Below are positions 48,466 to 60,884 of a stretch of 64,000 nucleotides of DNA, piece after piece (positions within the stretch are counted from its first letter, which is position 1; each line of letters opens with the position of its first letter). The DNA comes from Mobula hypostoma. Its lineage: Eukaryota. Made by a program: the position numbers and the translations under genes. The notes beneath the pieces are model-generated. The model saw only the letters and a list, made by a program, of their open reading frames with translations, was not told where the DNA came from and searched no databases. The DNA lies in the NCBI RefSeq assembly GCF_963921235.1, contig NC_086107.1, positions 110,486,001 to 110,550,000 on the forward strand. The letters run 5' to 3'.

Positions 48466-49406
48466 TGAAGGTAGTAGTTAGGAGCTAAATGCCCAAGGTT
48501 ACACATTTGCATCAGAGGGATAGGAAGGTAGGCAGTGGGGGTGGTGTGGCTCTGCTGGTAAAGAATGGCATCAAATCATTAGAAAGATGTGACAGAGGAT
48601 TGGAAGATGGTAAGTCCTCGTGGGTTTAGTTAAGAAACCGTAAGAGTAAGTGGACCCTGATGGCAATTATATACAGGCCACCAAACACTAGCTGGGATGT
48701 GGACTACAAATTACAACGGGAAATAGAAAAGGCCTGTCAAAAGGGCAATGTTATGATGGTCTTGGGAGATTTTAACATGCAGGCAGATTGGGAAAATCAG
48801 GTTGGTAATGGATCTCAAGAGAGTAAATTTGTCGAAATCCTGCAAGATGGCCTTTTAGAGTAATTTGTCATTGAGCCTACTTGGGGATCAGCTATACTGG
48901 ATTGGGTGGTATGTAATGAACTGAAGGCATTTAGAGAGCTTAAGGTAAAGGAACCCTTAGGAGGTAGTGATCACAATATGATTGAGTTCAACTTGAAATT
49001 TGTTAGGGAGAAAGTAAAGTCTGACAACAATATTCAGTTGAGTAAAGCAAATTACAGTGGTATGAGAGAGGAGTTGGCCAAAGTAAATTGGAAGGAGATA
49101 CTGGCAGGGATGACAGCAGAGCAGCAATGGCTTGAGTTTCTGAGAAAAATGAGGAAGGCGCAGGATAGATGTATTCCAAAAACAAAGAAATACTCAAATG
49201 GCAAAATAGTTCAACCATGGCTGACAAGGGAAGTCAAAGCAAATGTAAAAGCAAAAGAGAGGGCATGCAACAAACCAAAAATTAGTGGCAAGATGGAGGA
49301 TTGGGAAGCTATTAAAAACCTACAGAAAGCAACTAAAAGAATCATTAGGAAGGAAAAGATGAAATATGAAAGCAAGCTAGCAAATAATATCAAGGTGGAT
49401 AGAAAA

Positions 49407-49568
49407 CCCTGGGCACCCTCCCAAGACTATGGTCAACATGTTCCTGGAAGACAGCGGCGCGGCTAATGTAGATGAACTGATCACACTGATGAGGGAGAGG
49501 GAGAAGTGGAGAGTCTGTCATGGTGCCCGATGCCGGCCCCCTAGGCCTGAGTCGACGTAGTAGTAGTA
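49407..49568 (+). mobile_element. 162-bp RTE-clade 3' end with (GTA)n tail
   Basis: 12-bp TSD gtggatagaaaa (49395-49406, 49569-49580); PGHPPKTMVNMFLEDSG..ELITLMREREKWR. Confidence 0.8.
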
Positions 49569-51450
49569 GTGGATAGAAAAAGCCTTTTCAAGTATATAGA
49601 AATAAAATAGAAATGATAGGGGGTATAGAACTGCTAGAAAATGAGGCTGGAGAAATAATAATGGGGAACAAGGAGATGGCAGATGAACTAAATGAGTATT
49701 TGATATCAGGCTTCACCGTGGAAGACACTAGCAGTGTGCCAGGTGTCAAAGGGTGTGAGGGAGTAGAAGTGAGTGAAGTTAACTATTACAAGGGAGAAGG
49801 TGCTCAAAAAGCTGAAAGACCTAAAGGTACATAAGTCTCCTAGACCAGATGAACTACACCCTAGAGGTCTGAAAGAGGTAGCAGTAGAGATTGTGGAGGC
49901 ATTACTAATGATCTTTCAAGAATCATTGGACTCTGGCAAGGTTCCAAAGGGCTGGAAAATTGCAAATGTCGCTTCACTTTTTAAGAAAGGAGGAAATCAT
50001 CAGAATAGAAATTATACACCAGTTAGCCTGACCTCAGTGGTTAGGAAGATGTTGGAGTCAATTGTTAAGGATGAGGTTATGGAGTATTTGGTGATACAGG
50101 ACAAGATAGGACAAAGTCAGCATGGCATCCTTAAGGGAAAATCTTGCCCTACGAACCTGTTGGAATTCTTTGAGGAGATTACAAGTAGGATAGATAAAAG
50201 GGATGCAGTGAATGTTTTATATTTGGATTTTCAGAAGGCCTTTGACAAGGTGCCACACATGAGGCTGCCTACCAATTTAAGAGCCCATGGCGTTACAGGA
50301 AAGTTACTGGCATGGTTAGAGCATTGGCTGATTGGTAGGAGGAAGCAACTGGGAATAAAAGGATCCTTTTCTGGTTGGCTGCCAGTGACTGGTGATGTTC
50401 CGCAGGGGTTAGTGTTGGAACCATTTCTTTTTATGCTGTATATCAATGATTTAGATGATGGAATAGATGGCTTTGTTGCCAAGTTGCCAGATGATATGAA
50501 GATTGATGGACGGACAGGTAGTGTTGAGGAAACAGGTAGGCTGCAGAAGGACTTAAACAGATTAGGAGAATGGGCAAGAAAGTGACAAATGAAATACAAT
50601 GTTGGAAAATGCATGGTCATGCGCTTTGGTAGAAGAAATAAATGTGCAGACTACTTTCTAAATGGGGAGAAAGTCCAAAAATCTGAGATGCAAAGGGATT
50701 TGGGAGTCCTGGTGCAGAACACCCTGAAGGTTAACTTGCAGTCGGTGGTGAGGAAGGCAAATGCAATGTTAGCATTCATTTCAAGAGGTCTAGACTATAA
50801 GAGCAGGGATGTGATACCAAGACTTCATAAGGCACTGGTGAGGCCTCACCTTGAGTATTGTGAACAGTTTTGGGCTCCTCATCTAAGAGAAGATGTGCTG
50901 GCATTGGAGAGGGTTCAGAGGAGGTTCACAAGGATAATTCCGGGAATGAAAGGGTTCTCATATGAGGGACGTTTGATGATTTTGGGCCTGTTCTCACTGG
51001 AATTTAGAAGGATGGGGGGGAGTGCGGTGGGAATTTCATTGAAACGTTTCAAATGTTGAAAGGCCTAGACAGAGTAGATGTGGAAAGGATATTTCCCGTG
51101 GTGGGGGAGTCTAGGACAAGAGGGCACAGCCTCAGGATCGTGGGGCATCCATTTAAAACAGAGATGTGGACAAGTACCTTTAGCCAGAGGCTGGTGAATT
51201 TGTGGAATTTGGAGACCAGGTCGTTAAGGCAGAGATTGATAGGTTTTTGATTGGACACGGCATCAAAGGTTACAGGGAGAAGGCTGGGGTGTGGGGCTGA
51301 GGATGTAAAAAAGGATCAGCCATGATTGAATGACAGAGCAGACTTGATGGGCCAAATGGGCTAATTTTGCTCCTATGTCATGGTCTTGTGGTCTAATTAT
51401 TTAATGATTTTGTAATTGTAATACAATTTATATGTCATAAAGTGTATAAT

Positions 51451-51868
51451 ACTTACTTACTGCTCATTACACCACTAGCGTTTAGGGCAGCAATGAAGGT
51501 CCTCCATCTCTGGGGGTGTTCAGGGCTCCCTTCATCGTGTCAGTAGCTTCCTCTCGGTTTTCACTGCTGTCGGTCATGCAAGTCCCGGGTGGAGACTCAG
51601 GAATACTGTCACACTCAGATGTAGAAGGATTCTTCATTGCTGTTTCCATAACAACTTTGTTTGACCATTCGGGGTTGTTAGCCCTGAGATGAAGCTCTGA
51701 ACATGGAGGACTGGTGGACCACTCTTAGTATGGCCTCTACCCTTTGACCTGTTTGGTATGGGTGACCCCACCAAGCATTAAAGCCCCGACTCCGACCAAC
51801 ATACATTAGCTCTCTGGATTATTGAGGCACACAAGCCTCCAAACCTAACGACAAAGTAGTGGTCCTAA
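51451..51868 (-). mobile_element. Bipartite non-autonomous RTE element
   Basis: Colinear with the 15815 and 20044 copies; acttacttac tail. Confidence 0.75.
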
Positions 51869-52186
51869 AAATATATAATAATGATTCAAAATTTATTGAG
51901 TATTGTAAGAGGTGTAATAGTCATTCAATAAATAGATGCTAACAGTTAATAGTGTATAAAAATATGTTTTGCAGTAAGTATCTGAATCATGCAATAATGT
52001 TTATATAGGATATTGTAAAATTGATGCATTTTAAAATGTAATAGTCATTCAATATATAGAAGCATTCTTCAATTAGACAGTATATGAGGGATTGATGCAA
52101 AGTATAGATCAATCAGTTATTATGGTAAAAAATATAATGGGCACTTGGTGAATTGTAACATGTATATCGATCACTGTGTGTAGAAT

Positions 52187-52720
52187 GTCAAGTCAAGTTT
52201 ATTGTAGTTTAACTCTATACATGTATACCGGTCAAATGGGACACTATTTCTCAGGATAAAATCTACAGATGAGTTGTGCATATAAATAAAGTAAAGTGCA
52301 TACATTATATTTTATTAGGTACAGAACAGATTAAACAGTGACACTTTGAATGCGATGTGGCAGGGAGTTCGGAAGCCTAATGGCCTGAGGGAAGAAACTG
52401 TTTCCCATCCTGACCATTCTTGTTTTTATGCATCAGAGTCTCCTCCCTGATGGTAGAAAGTCAAAGAGGATGCTGGGTGGATGGGTGGGATCCTTGATAA
52501 TACTAAGGGCTCTGTGTATGCAGCGCTCCTGATAAATGACCATGGATGGTATGGTATGGTATGACCAATGGATGGTAGGGAGACTCCTACGATCCTCTCG
52601 GTCGTTCTCTTGGTCCTTTGTAGGGAGTTCCAATCCGATGCTCTGCCACTCCCAGTCCAGATGGAGATGCAATTTGTCAAGATGCTCTCAATGGTGCTCC
52701 TGTAAAATTCAGCTGGGAGG
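52187..52720 (-). mobile_element. Rex1/Babar 3' fragment
   Basis: FYRSTIESILTNCISIW..IIKDPTHP..LPSGRRL; gtcaagtcaag tail. Confidence 0.8.
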
Positions 52721-52892
52721 GTGATGGGGGGAGCAATTATATTTAAATTGACATATAGAGGCAAATTATAATGAATAATTACACTTCATATAGTGACTTT
52801 TGACTAGTATATAGTAACACTCTCCTAAATTTGCCTTTTGCAAAGTATATAAAACCCACTTATAAACTGATGCATCCTATATACCAGGCTGT

Positions 52893-53638
52893 ATGGTTCA
52901 ATGGTTCCATTTAATAGCAGAGAGCATACACAGAATGCAGCCTGAAATTCTCAGTCTTTTCAGACATCCACAAAACAGAAGAACAATGACGGAAAACATG
53001 AGAACCCCAAAGACCCCCTCCATCCTCCCATGCCCAAGCAGCAGCAAAGCATCAACTCTCTCCCCTACCCCTCTCCCGACTTGCTCCAGCAAAAGCATCA
53101 GTCCCCACCACCCATCATGCAAGCAATGGCAAAGCCCCCTCCAGAGACCATGATGTAAAAGTGCATCAAATACTGATGTCCACCTCAACACTTGGACATC
53201 TCAGACAGGCCAGCTCTCTCACTAGCAAGGGAGCGAGAGGTGTTGCTGCTGCCTCAGTGAGAGAGAGAGTAAAAGCTCACTGTTTTGATGTCATAATCTG
53301 CAGTGTCACTTATATTGACAGCAGTGTACACTGCCACCTCGATGTTCCAATCTCCTACATCACTTCAGTTGACGACAGTGACGAGGAATCGGGTCGTCCA
53401 CAGGGCCGCGCTCTGAAGGCACGCGCCTTCCGGGCCGCACCTGGAGATGTCGAACATGCCAGGCTGCTCGGCGAATTCTGATAGCGAGAGCCCACTGCCA
53501 CGAAGAACTGCAGTTTGAGTGCAGCTGTCGATCACGGGCTCCAACAGGACCCCAGCCACCTTGAAAAGGGGAAAAAGACCTTAAAAGAGAAGAAATTAAA
53601 CTGTTTCGCAGACAAACTGGAAGGAAGTCACCCATTTG
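52893..53638 (-). mobile_element. Unclassified non-coding retroelement-like segment
   Basis: atggttcaatggttcc tandem tail and a CpG-rich end; architecture like the 6232 family. Confidence 0.4.
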
Positions 53639-53819
53639 TACTGAGATATACAACTCAATGTATAGTATACTGAGTTGTATACTATTCAACTCTACATCTA
53701 TAGACTGAGTACTATACTAAGTTGTATACTATATAACTCAGTATAGTAGTCAGTCTATAGGTGTCTTTTATAATTGTGCAATTTCCAATATAAAGGGGCA
53801 GACGGTACTGTAAAGCATT

Positions 53820-54490
53820 ATTCTTTTCTTTTCCAATCTTTTTATTAATTTTCAAAATTATAAACATAACAATATTAATGAACAGAGATTGGGATTACAT
53901 TATTAATAATTGACATTGCAAATATAGCATTGGTAATAATACAGATGTATAAAGTTTCCCAAACTCTAAATACAATTAAACATGGTAGAGGGATAAATGA
54001 GAAAAAAATCTAAAAAAAAACCCCAAATTAGAAAAGAAAAAAAAGACGTATTAATTAAACTAAGCAGTATTAACCTAAACTAAATAAAACTAAAAAAACA
54101 GAACTATAGAAAAAAAAGACGAGCTAACATATTACGTTGAATAGAATCATTAATGTCGTTAACTCCACTCCTCTATCCCTGTATTTTAAGTTTTAAAAAA
54201 AGGATTTGAAAAGGTCAAACTACATCATATGGAAATGTTGAATAAATGGTCTCCAAGTTTCTTCAAATTTAATCAACGGGTCGGAGGTGCCACCTCTAAT
54301 TTTCTTTAAATTTATACAAGATGTAGTTTGAGAAAACCATTGAAATGTAGTAAGGGGATTAACCTCTTTCTAGTTCAATAAGATAAATTTTCTCGCCATT
54401 AACGTTAAAAAAGCAATCATCCAACAGGCTGAAGGGGATAGGTAACTATCTCCCATCATCTTCCAAAATTGCAGTAATAGGGTATGGTTG
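53820..54490 (-). mobile_element. Older L1 3' end related to the 22308 L1
   Basis: Minus strand reads SPSACWMIAFLTLMARKFILLN*KEVNPLTTFQWFSQTTSCINLKKIR, versus SPSARRMIAFLTLMAKRCILQHWKELNAPTTFFWFSQTILCLNLEKIR. Confidence 0.85.
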
Positions 54491-54636
54491 TAAGCATTAT
54501 TGTCATCCTGTAAAGGGCATATAGCACTTGACATTTAATTGTCACAATGTTTGCAGTGTCTGATTTATAGAAATACAGTGTAGAATAGGCCCTTCCAGCC
54601 CTTTGAGTCGTGCCACCCAGCAACTCCTGATTTTAA

Positions 54637-54944
54637 GGAAAGGCATCCATTAGTCTTGCGAGACCATAGATCTGTGCCTGGTAAGTCTTCACTCTCCAGG
54701 GCGCAGGCCTGGGCAAGGTTGTATGGAAGACCGGCAGTTGCCCATGCTGCAAGTCTCCCCTCTCCACGACACCGATATTGTCCAAGGGAAGGGCAAGGGC
54801 CGATACGGCTTGGCACTGGTGTCGTTGCAGAGCACTGTGTGGTTAAGTGCCTTGCTCAAGGATACAACATGCTGCCTCGACTGGGGTTTGAACTCACGAC
54901 CTTCAGGTCGCTAGTCGAATCCCTTAACCACTTGGCCACGTGCC
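54637..54944 (-). mobile_element. tRNA-derived SINE (14313 family) nested in a V-SINE (about 54565-55165, minus)
   Basis: 13-bp TSD ctcctgattttaa (54624-54636, 54945-54957). Confidence 0.88.
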
Positions 54945-55429
54945 CTCCTGATTTTAACCCTAGCCTAATCATGGGATAACTTACAGTGACCTATTACCTG
55001 ACCACCCGGTACATCTTTGGACTGTGGGGGGAAACCGGAGCACCCGGAGGAAACCCACACGCTCACCGGGAGAACGTACAATCTCCTCGCAGGCAGCGGT
55101 GGGAATTGAACCTGGGGCGCCCATATTGTAAAGCGTCGTGCAAACCACCACACTACTGTGCCGTCCCAAGTTGTAAGGGGTAGAATGGTCACTCAGAAAC
55201 CGAGTACATGGTGGTGCATCGAAACACTCAACACAGCAGAGCATGCTGTGAAATGCATAGTAAGCATTCCATTAGCACAGGCATAGTGAAAAGTTTCAAA
55301 TAATCACCCAGTAATTAGGGGCATGTAGACAAAGACTTCTAAGCAAGTAGGGAACCTTTGTAAAGCATGTAATAAGCATTTAGTAGATAGCAGCATGCTC
55401 TAATGTGTAAACCACACGTTAAGTATCAT

Positions 55430-56832
55430 GTAGGATTTCAGAAAGGGTAAGATGAAGGAACACACACCAGTCCTCAGAGAGGGATCAGAAGTGGGAAGAG
55501 TGAGCAATTTCAAGTTCCTGGCCATCAACATCTCTGAGGATTTAACCTGGATCCAGCAGACTGATACAGTAACACATCGGTGGCTATATTGCATTGGGAG
55601 TTTGAGGAGATTTGGTATGTCACCAAAGACACTCTGCAAATCTCTACAGATGAACTGTGGAGAGCATTCTAACTGGCTGCATCACCGTCTGGTATGGGGC
55701 AGTGGGTGGTTGCTCCGTACAGAATTGAAATAAGCTGCAGAGAGTTGTAAACTTAGTTAGCTCCATCATGGGCACCAGCCTCCCCAGCGTTCACTATAGA
55801 AACACTATAGAATAGTACAGCACAACACAGGTCCTTCGGCCCACATTGTTGTGCCGACCCTCAAACCCTGCCTGCCACATAACCCCCCACCTTAAATTCC
55901 TCCATATACCTGTCTAGTAGTCTCTTAAACTTCACTAGTGTATCTGCCTCCACCACTGACTCAGGGGCAGTGTATTCCACGCACCAACCACTCTGAGTAA
56001 AAAACCTTCCTCTAATATCCCCCTTGAACTTCCCACCCCTTACCTTAAAGCCATGTCCTCTTGTATTGAGCAGTGGTGCCCTGGGGAAGAGGTGCTGGCT
56101 GTCCACTCTATCTATTCCTCTTAATATCTTGTACACCTCTATCATGTCTCCTCTCATCCTCCTCCTCTCCAAAGAGTAAAGTCCAAGCTCCCTTAATCTC
56201 TGATCATAATGCATACTCTCTAAACCAGGCAGCATCCTGGTAAATCTCCTCTGTACCCTTTCCAATGCTTCCACATCCTTCCTATAGTGAGGCGACCAGA
56301 ACTGGACACAGTACTCTTTTCGGGACATCTTCAAAAAAGGCGATACCTCAAAAAGGCGGCATCCTTCATTAAGGACCCCCATCACCCAGGACATGCAAGC
56401 GGGCTTTTTCTACTGAGGATGGGTGGGAGTACAATGAGAGGTCATGGGCTAAGGGTGAAAGGTGAAAAGTTTAAGTTCTGGTAGATGGGAGTAGGTAGTT
56501 TAAATGGTTCAGCATGGACTGGTTAGGTCAAAGGGCCTATTTCTGTACCCTAAGCCTTCTTCTCATTGCTACCATCAGGAAGGAGGTACAGGAGCCTGAA
56601 GGCACCCACTCAGTGATTCAGGAACAGCCTCCCGATTTCTGAATGGGCATTGAACCCACGAATGCCACCTCACTCCTTTTTTTGCACTACTAATTTTATT
56701 TAACTTTTTAATATACCTAGAAATAATTTTTACTGTAATTCACAGTTTTTATTATTACGTATTGCAATGTACTGCTGCCACATTACAACAAATTTCATGA
56801 CATATGCCGGTGATATTAAATGTGATTCTGAT
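55430..56832 (+). mobile_element. Rex1/Babar fragment with two CR1 pieces inside
   Basis: GSEVGRVSNFKFLAINISEDLTW..; LKKAASFIKDPHHPGHA; tail gtgattctga. Confidence 0.8.
55795..56316 (-). mobile_element. Young CR1 3' end, same subfamily as 23715-24273
   Basis: EYCVQFWSPHYRKDVEALERVQRRFTRMLPGLESM.YDQRLRELGLYSLE, nearly identical to the 23796 ORF. Confidence 0.9.
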
Positions 56833-57668
56833 ACAGGCACTCAGTAGTAAGAGAATATTGTAATCTGCATAACATCAATCCACACAGATACATTTAATGG
56901 TGTGTGTAAGAATTACTTATTATATAAGAGGCATATTATAAAGCATGTATCAATCTCAGTATCTAAGGTCCTAGTGAAGTACGTAATGGTGCTTATTGAA
57001 CCAAGACAAATTGTGAAATGGTGGTTATTTAATATTGTAGATAGTAGATGCTTGATACATATGGGAACATTGCAGAAGATATTGATCAACAAATCGGTAT
57101 ATTATAAATATTGCAGAGACAACATATACATTGTGAGTCATTCTAAAATAGAGAGCAATTTAATCAGGAAGAGATTCCACAGTTTTCTGTTTTCTTTCTT
57201 GTTGCTGATTGGCGGGTTGGAGGCTTTGGGCTGAGTGGTTTGTTGTCCTTCTGGGTGAAATGTTAGTTTCTGTGTGAGAGAGGGGTTGAGGGTTTGGGAT
57301 TTGCGAGTTTTTGTTTTTCTTTTTCCTGCGGTGTGTGGGGGGTGGGAGGTTAATGTCTTCTTTCAATAACTTCCATGGTTTTTCTGTATTTCATGGCTAT
57401 CTGGAGAAGGCAAATTTCAGAGTTGTATTCTGCATTCATACTTTGATAATAAAATCAACCTTTGAACCTTTAAAGTACAGTACATAACAGCCACAAGTAG
57501 GGCATAATTGAAATTGTGCAGAGATTATCTTTATAAACTGGGATTTATTGTAAAATATAAATAGTAGTTATTCAACATATAGAGGCATAATGTATAGTCG
57601 ATTATATAATATACTCAGGATAAAGGGACCAAGGATTTGTTAGTGACTCATTATATGAGTATAGAGTA

Positions 57669-58413
57669 CATCCAATGGCCACTTTATTCAGTACCTCCTG
57701 TCCCTAATAACGAGGCCACTGAGTGTATGCTCAAGGTCTTCTGCTGCTGTAGCCCATCCACTTCAAGATTTGACATGATTTTTTTCAGAGATGCTCTGTT
57801 GTAATGTAGCCGGCTGGTGGTGTAGTGGCATCATCGCCGGACTTCAGAGCGAAGGCTCCTGAGTTCGAATCCAGCTGGCTCCCTTGCACACTTTCCATCC
57901 GTGCTGGGTTGAGTGTCGAGCTAGCAACTCGGCCTCGTACGCCGTCATGATGGCGTCCCGATGACTCCACTCAGAGTTAAGGGCTTTCTTCTTCTTCTTC
58001 TGTTGTAATGTGTGGATATTTGAGTTGCTGTCACCTTCCTGTCAGCTTGAACCAGACTGGCCATTCTCCTCTGACCTCTCTCATCAACAAGGCATTTTTG
58101 CCCATAGAACTGCTGCTCACTGGAGTTTCTTTGTTTTTTGCATCATTCTCTGTAAACTCCAGGGGGTGTTGTGTGTGGAAACCCTGGGAGATCAGCAGTT
58201 TCTGAAATACTCAAACCTCCCCGTCTGGCACCAACGATTGTTCCACAGCAGAGTAATTTACATCAAATTTCTTCGCCATTCTGATGTTTGGTCTGAACAA
58301 CAATTGAACCTCTTGACCATGTCTGCATTGAGTTGCTGCCACATGATTGGCTGATTTGATATTTGTATTGATGAGTATGTCTACAGGTGTACCTAATAAA
58401 GTGGCCACTGAGT
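57669..58413 (-). mobile_element. Tc1-derived non-autonomous element with a nested SINE
   Basis: TIR at 58385-58413; body matches the other four copies. Confidence 0.85.
57808..57998 (+). mobile_element. 191-bp tRNA-derived SINE (third family) with (TTC)n tail
   Basis: A box tggtgtagtgg, B box gagttcgaatcc; 13-bp TSD tctgttgtaatgt (57795-57807, 57999-58011). Confidence 0.88.
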
Positions 58414-58574
58414 ACAGGCATATCGTAAATATTACAGAGGCAATATATACATTGGAAGATATTGTAAAATATAAAGTAATTCAATTTAGAGTACATAATA
58501 GTCACAAGTAGGGCAAAGTCTAAAGTGTGGCGATATTAGCTTTATAAACTGGGGTTTATGTAAAGCATAAGCCT

Positions 58575-60473
58575 TTTATGAGGGAGAGCTTGCCAAAAAT
58601 ACAAATGAGGATGCAAAAAGATTTTTCAGATTTATACAAAGTAAAGAGAGGTAAGAGTTGATATCAGATCACTGGAAAATGACACTGGAGAGGTAGAAAT
58701 GGGTGGGGGGTGGGAATGTCAGGTGAACTGAATAAGTGCTTTGTGTCAGTCTTCACTGTGGAAGACACTAGCAGAATGCCAGCAATGTGAGAGAGTCAGG
58801 GAGCAGAAGTGAATGTAGTTGCTGTGATTAAGAAGAAGTTACTTGGGAAGCTGAGAAGTCTGAAAGTAGATGAGTCACCTGGACCAGATCGATTATAGCC
58901 CAGGGTTCTGAATGAGGTAGGTGAAGGGATTGTGGAGGAATTAGTAATGATCTTTCAGGAATCATCAGATCCTCGAATGATTCTGGAGGACTGGAAAATT
59001 GAAAATGGCACTCCACTCCTTAAGAAGGGAGGGAGGCAGGAAAAAAAAGAAATTATAGGCCAGTTAGCCTGACTTCAGTGGTTGGAAAGATGTTGGAGTC
59101 AAGTATTAAGGATGCTGTTTCAGGGTACTTGAAGGTACATGACAAAATAGGCCAAAGTCAGCATGGTTTCCTGAAGGGGAAATCTTGTCTGACATATCTG
59201 TTGGAATTCTGAGGAAATAATAGGTGAGATAGACAAATGAGAGTCAGTGGATGTTGTGTACTTGGATTTTCAGAAGGCCTTTGCCAAGGTGCCACACATG
59301 AGGCTACTTAACAAGAAAAGAGCCCATGGTACTACAGGAAAGATACTAGCGTGGATAGAAGATTAGCTGACAGGGAGGAGGCAAAGAATCAATATAACAG
59401 CAGCCCTTTTTAGTTGGCTGCCGGTGACTAGTGGTGTGCTGCTAGTGGGTCAGTGTTGGGGCCACCACTTTTCACGTTACAGTATATGTCAATGGCATAG
59501 ATGTTGGAGTTGATGGCTTTGTGGCCAAGTTTGCAGAATAAATTAAGATAGGTGGAGGGGAAGGGATTGTTGAGAAAGCAGGGTGTCTACAGAAGGACTT
59601 AGATTGGGAGAATGGATAAAGAAGTGGCAGATGGCATATAGTGTAGAGAAGAGTATAGTCATGCACTTTGGTAGCAGGAATAAAGGCATAGACCATTTTC
59701 TAAATGGGGAGAAAATTCAAAAATAAGAAGTGTAAAGGGACTTAGGATTCCTCATGCAGGATTTCCTAAATGTTAAATTGTTGGTTGAGTCTCTGGTAAG
59801 GAAGGCAAATGCAATGTTAGCATTCATTTCGAGAGGACTAGAATACAGAAGCAAGGATGTAATACCGAGGCTTTATAAGGCATTGGTCAGACTGCTCTTG
59901 GAGTATTGTGGGCAGTTTTGGGCCCCTTATCTAAGAAAAGATGTGCTGGCATTGGAGTGGGTCCAGAGGAGGTTCACAAGAATGGTCCCAGGAATGAAAG
60001 GGTTTAAAGATATAAAGATATAAATGTATATAAATATAAAGAGCGTTTGATGGCTCTGGGCCTGTACTCACTGGAGTTTAGAAGGTTGAGGTGGGGTGAT
60101 CTCTGACATATAATGAATATTGAAAGGCCTAGATAGAGTGGATGTGGAGAAAATGTTTCCTATAGTGGGGGGTCTAGGACCAGAGGGCACAGCCTCAGAA
60201 TAGAATGATGTTCCTTTAGAATAGAGATGAGGCGGAATTTCTTTAGGCAGAGTATGGTGAACCTGTGGAATTCATCGCCACAGATGGTTGTGCAGGCCAA
60301 TCATTGGGTGGAGGTGGATTGGTTCTTGATTATTCAGGGTGTCAAAGGTTACAGGAAGAAGGCAAGAGAATGAGCTTGAGAGGGATACTAAATCAACCAT
60401 GATGGAATGGTGGAACAGACACAATGGGCTGAATGGCCTAATTCTGCTCCTGTGTCTTATGGTCTTATGGTCA
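58575..60473 (+). mobile_element. Decayed CR1 (RT and 3' end)
   Basis: Colinear with 49570-51395; tcttatggtcttatggtc tail. Confidence 0.88.
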
Positions 60474-60884
60474 TAAATTGTACCATTTAACACACAGAGG
60501 CATAATCTAGGTTAGATAGTGCGCTCAGGATATAAGGACCAATTTATTAGTGACTTGTTATTTGGGTATGTATTGTAAAACAATTAACGAAGGTGGCCAA
60601 ACTACTAACCCTTGGAGCTCCTTGTGATAATGTTGACAATGCCATTTCTAAATATTTTAAGATGCTGCATGATATATAGCAGAGGGGACCGCAATATTTT
60701 GGTACATATTGTACAGAATTTAATAGCTACTTACTGAAGCCCATCCCCCCCTACAGGGGCATATGTGAGTCCTCTGTCTTGGGTCAGTCTTTCTAGTTGT
60801 CTCTAGCTGTAGCTCATCTTCGAAGATCCTTCTTATACCAGGGGTGAGGTCTTTGAAGCTTCTGTTGGCGTTTCTGTAGCTCTT

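Larger units (their letters stand above)
46770..51395 (+). mobile_element. Long decayed CR1 LINE (ORF1 end, APE endonuclease, RT, 3' tail) with two nested insertions
   Basis: GTNIL..GEGLN* (ORF1 end, about 46800-46853), YDVVAITE, GGGVALLVK, IYRPPN, GDFN, GSDHNMIEF, RT motifs [12 protein letters not shown] and VPQG..LYINDLD; multiple stops and frameshifts. Confidence 0.92.

Noticed and set aside
57808..57885. tRNA gene (also at 14550-14625 and 54870-54944)
   Set aside because: A/B boxes are present but run into SINE bodies with tails and TSDs; no complete cloverleaf was evident.
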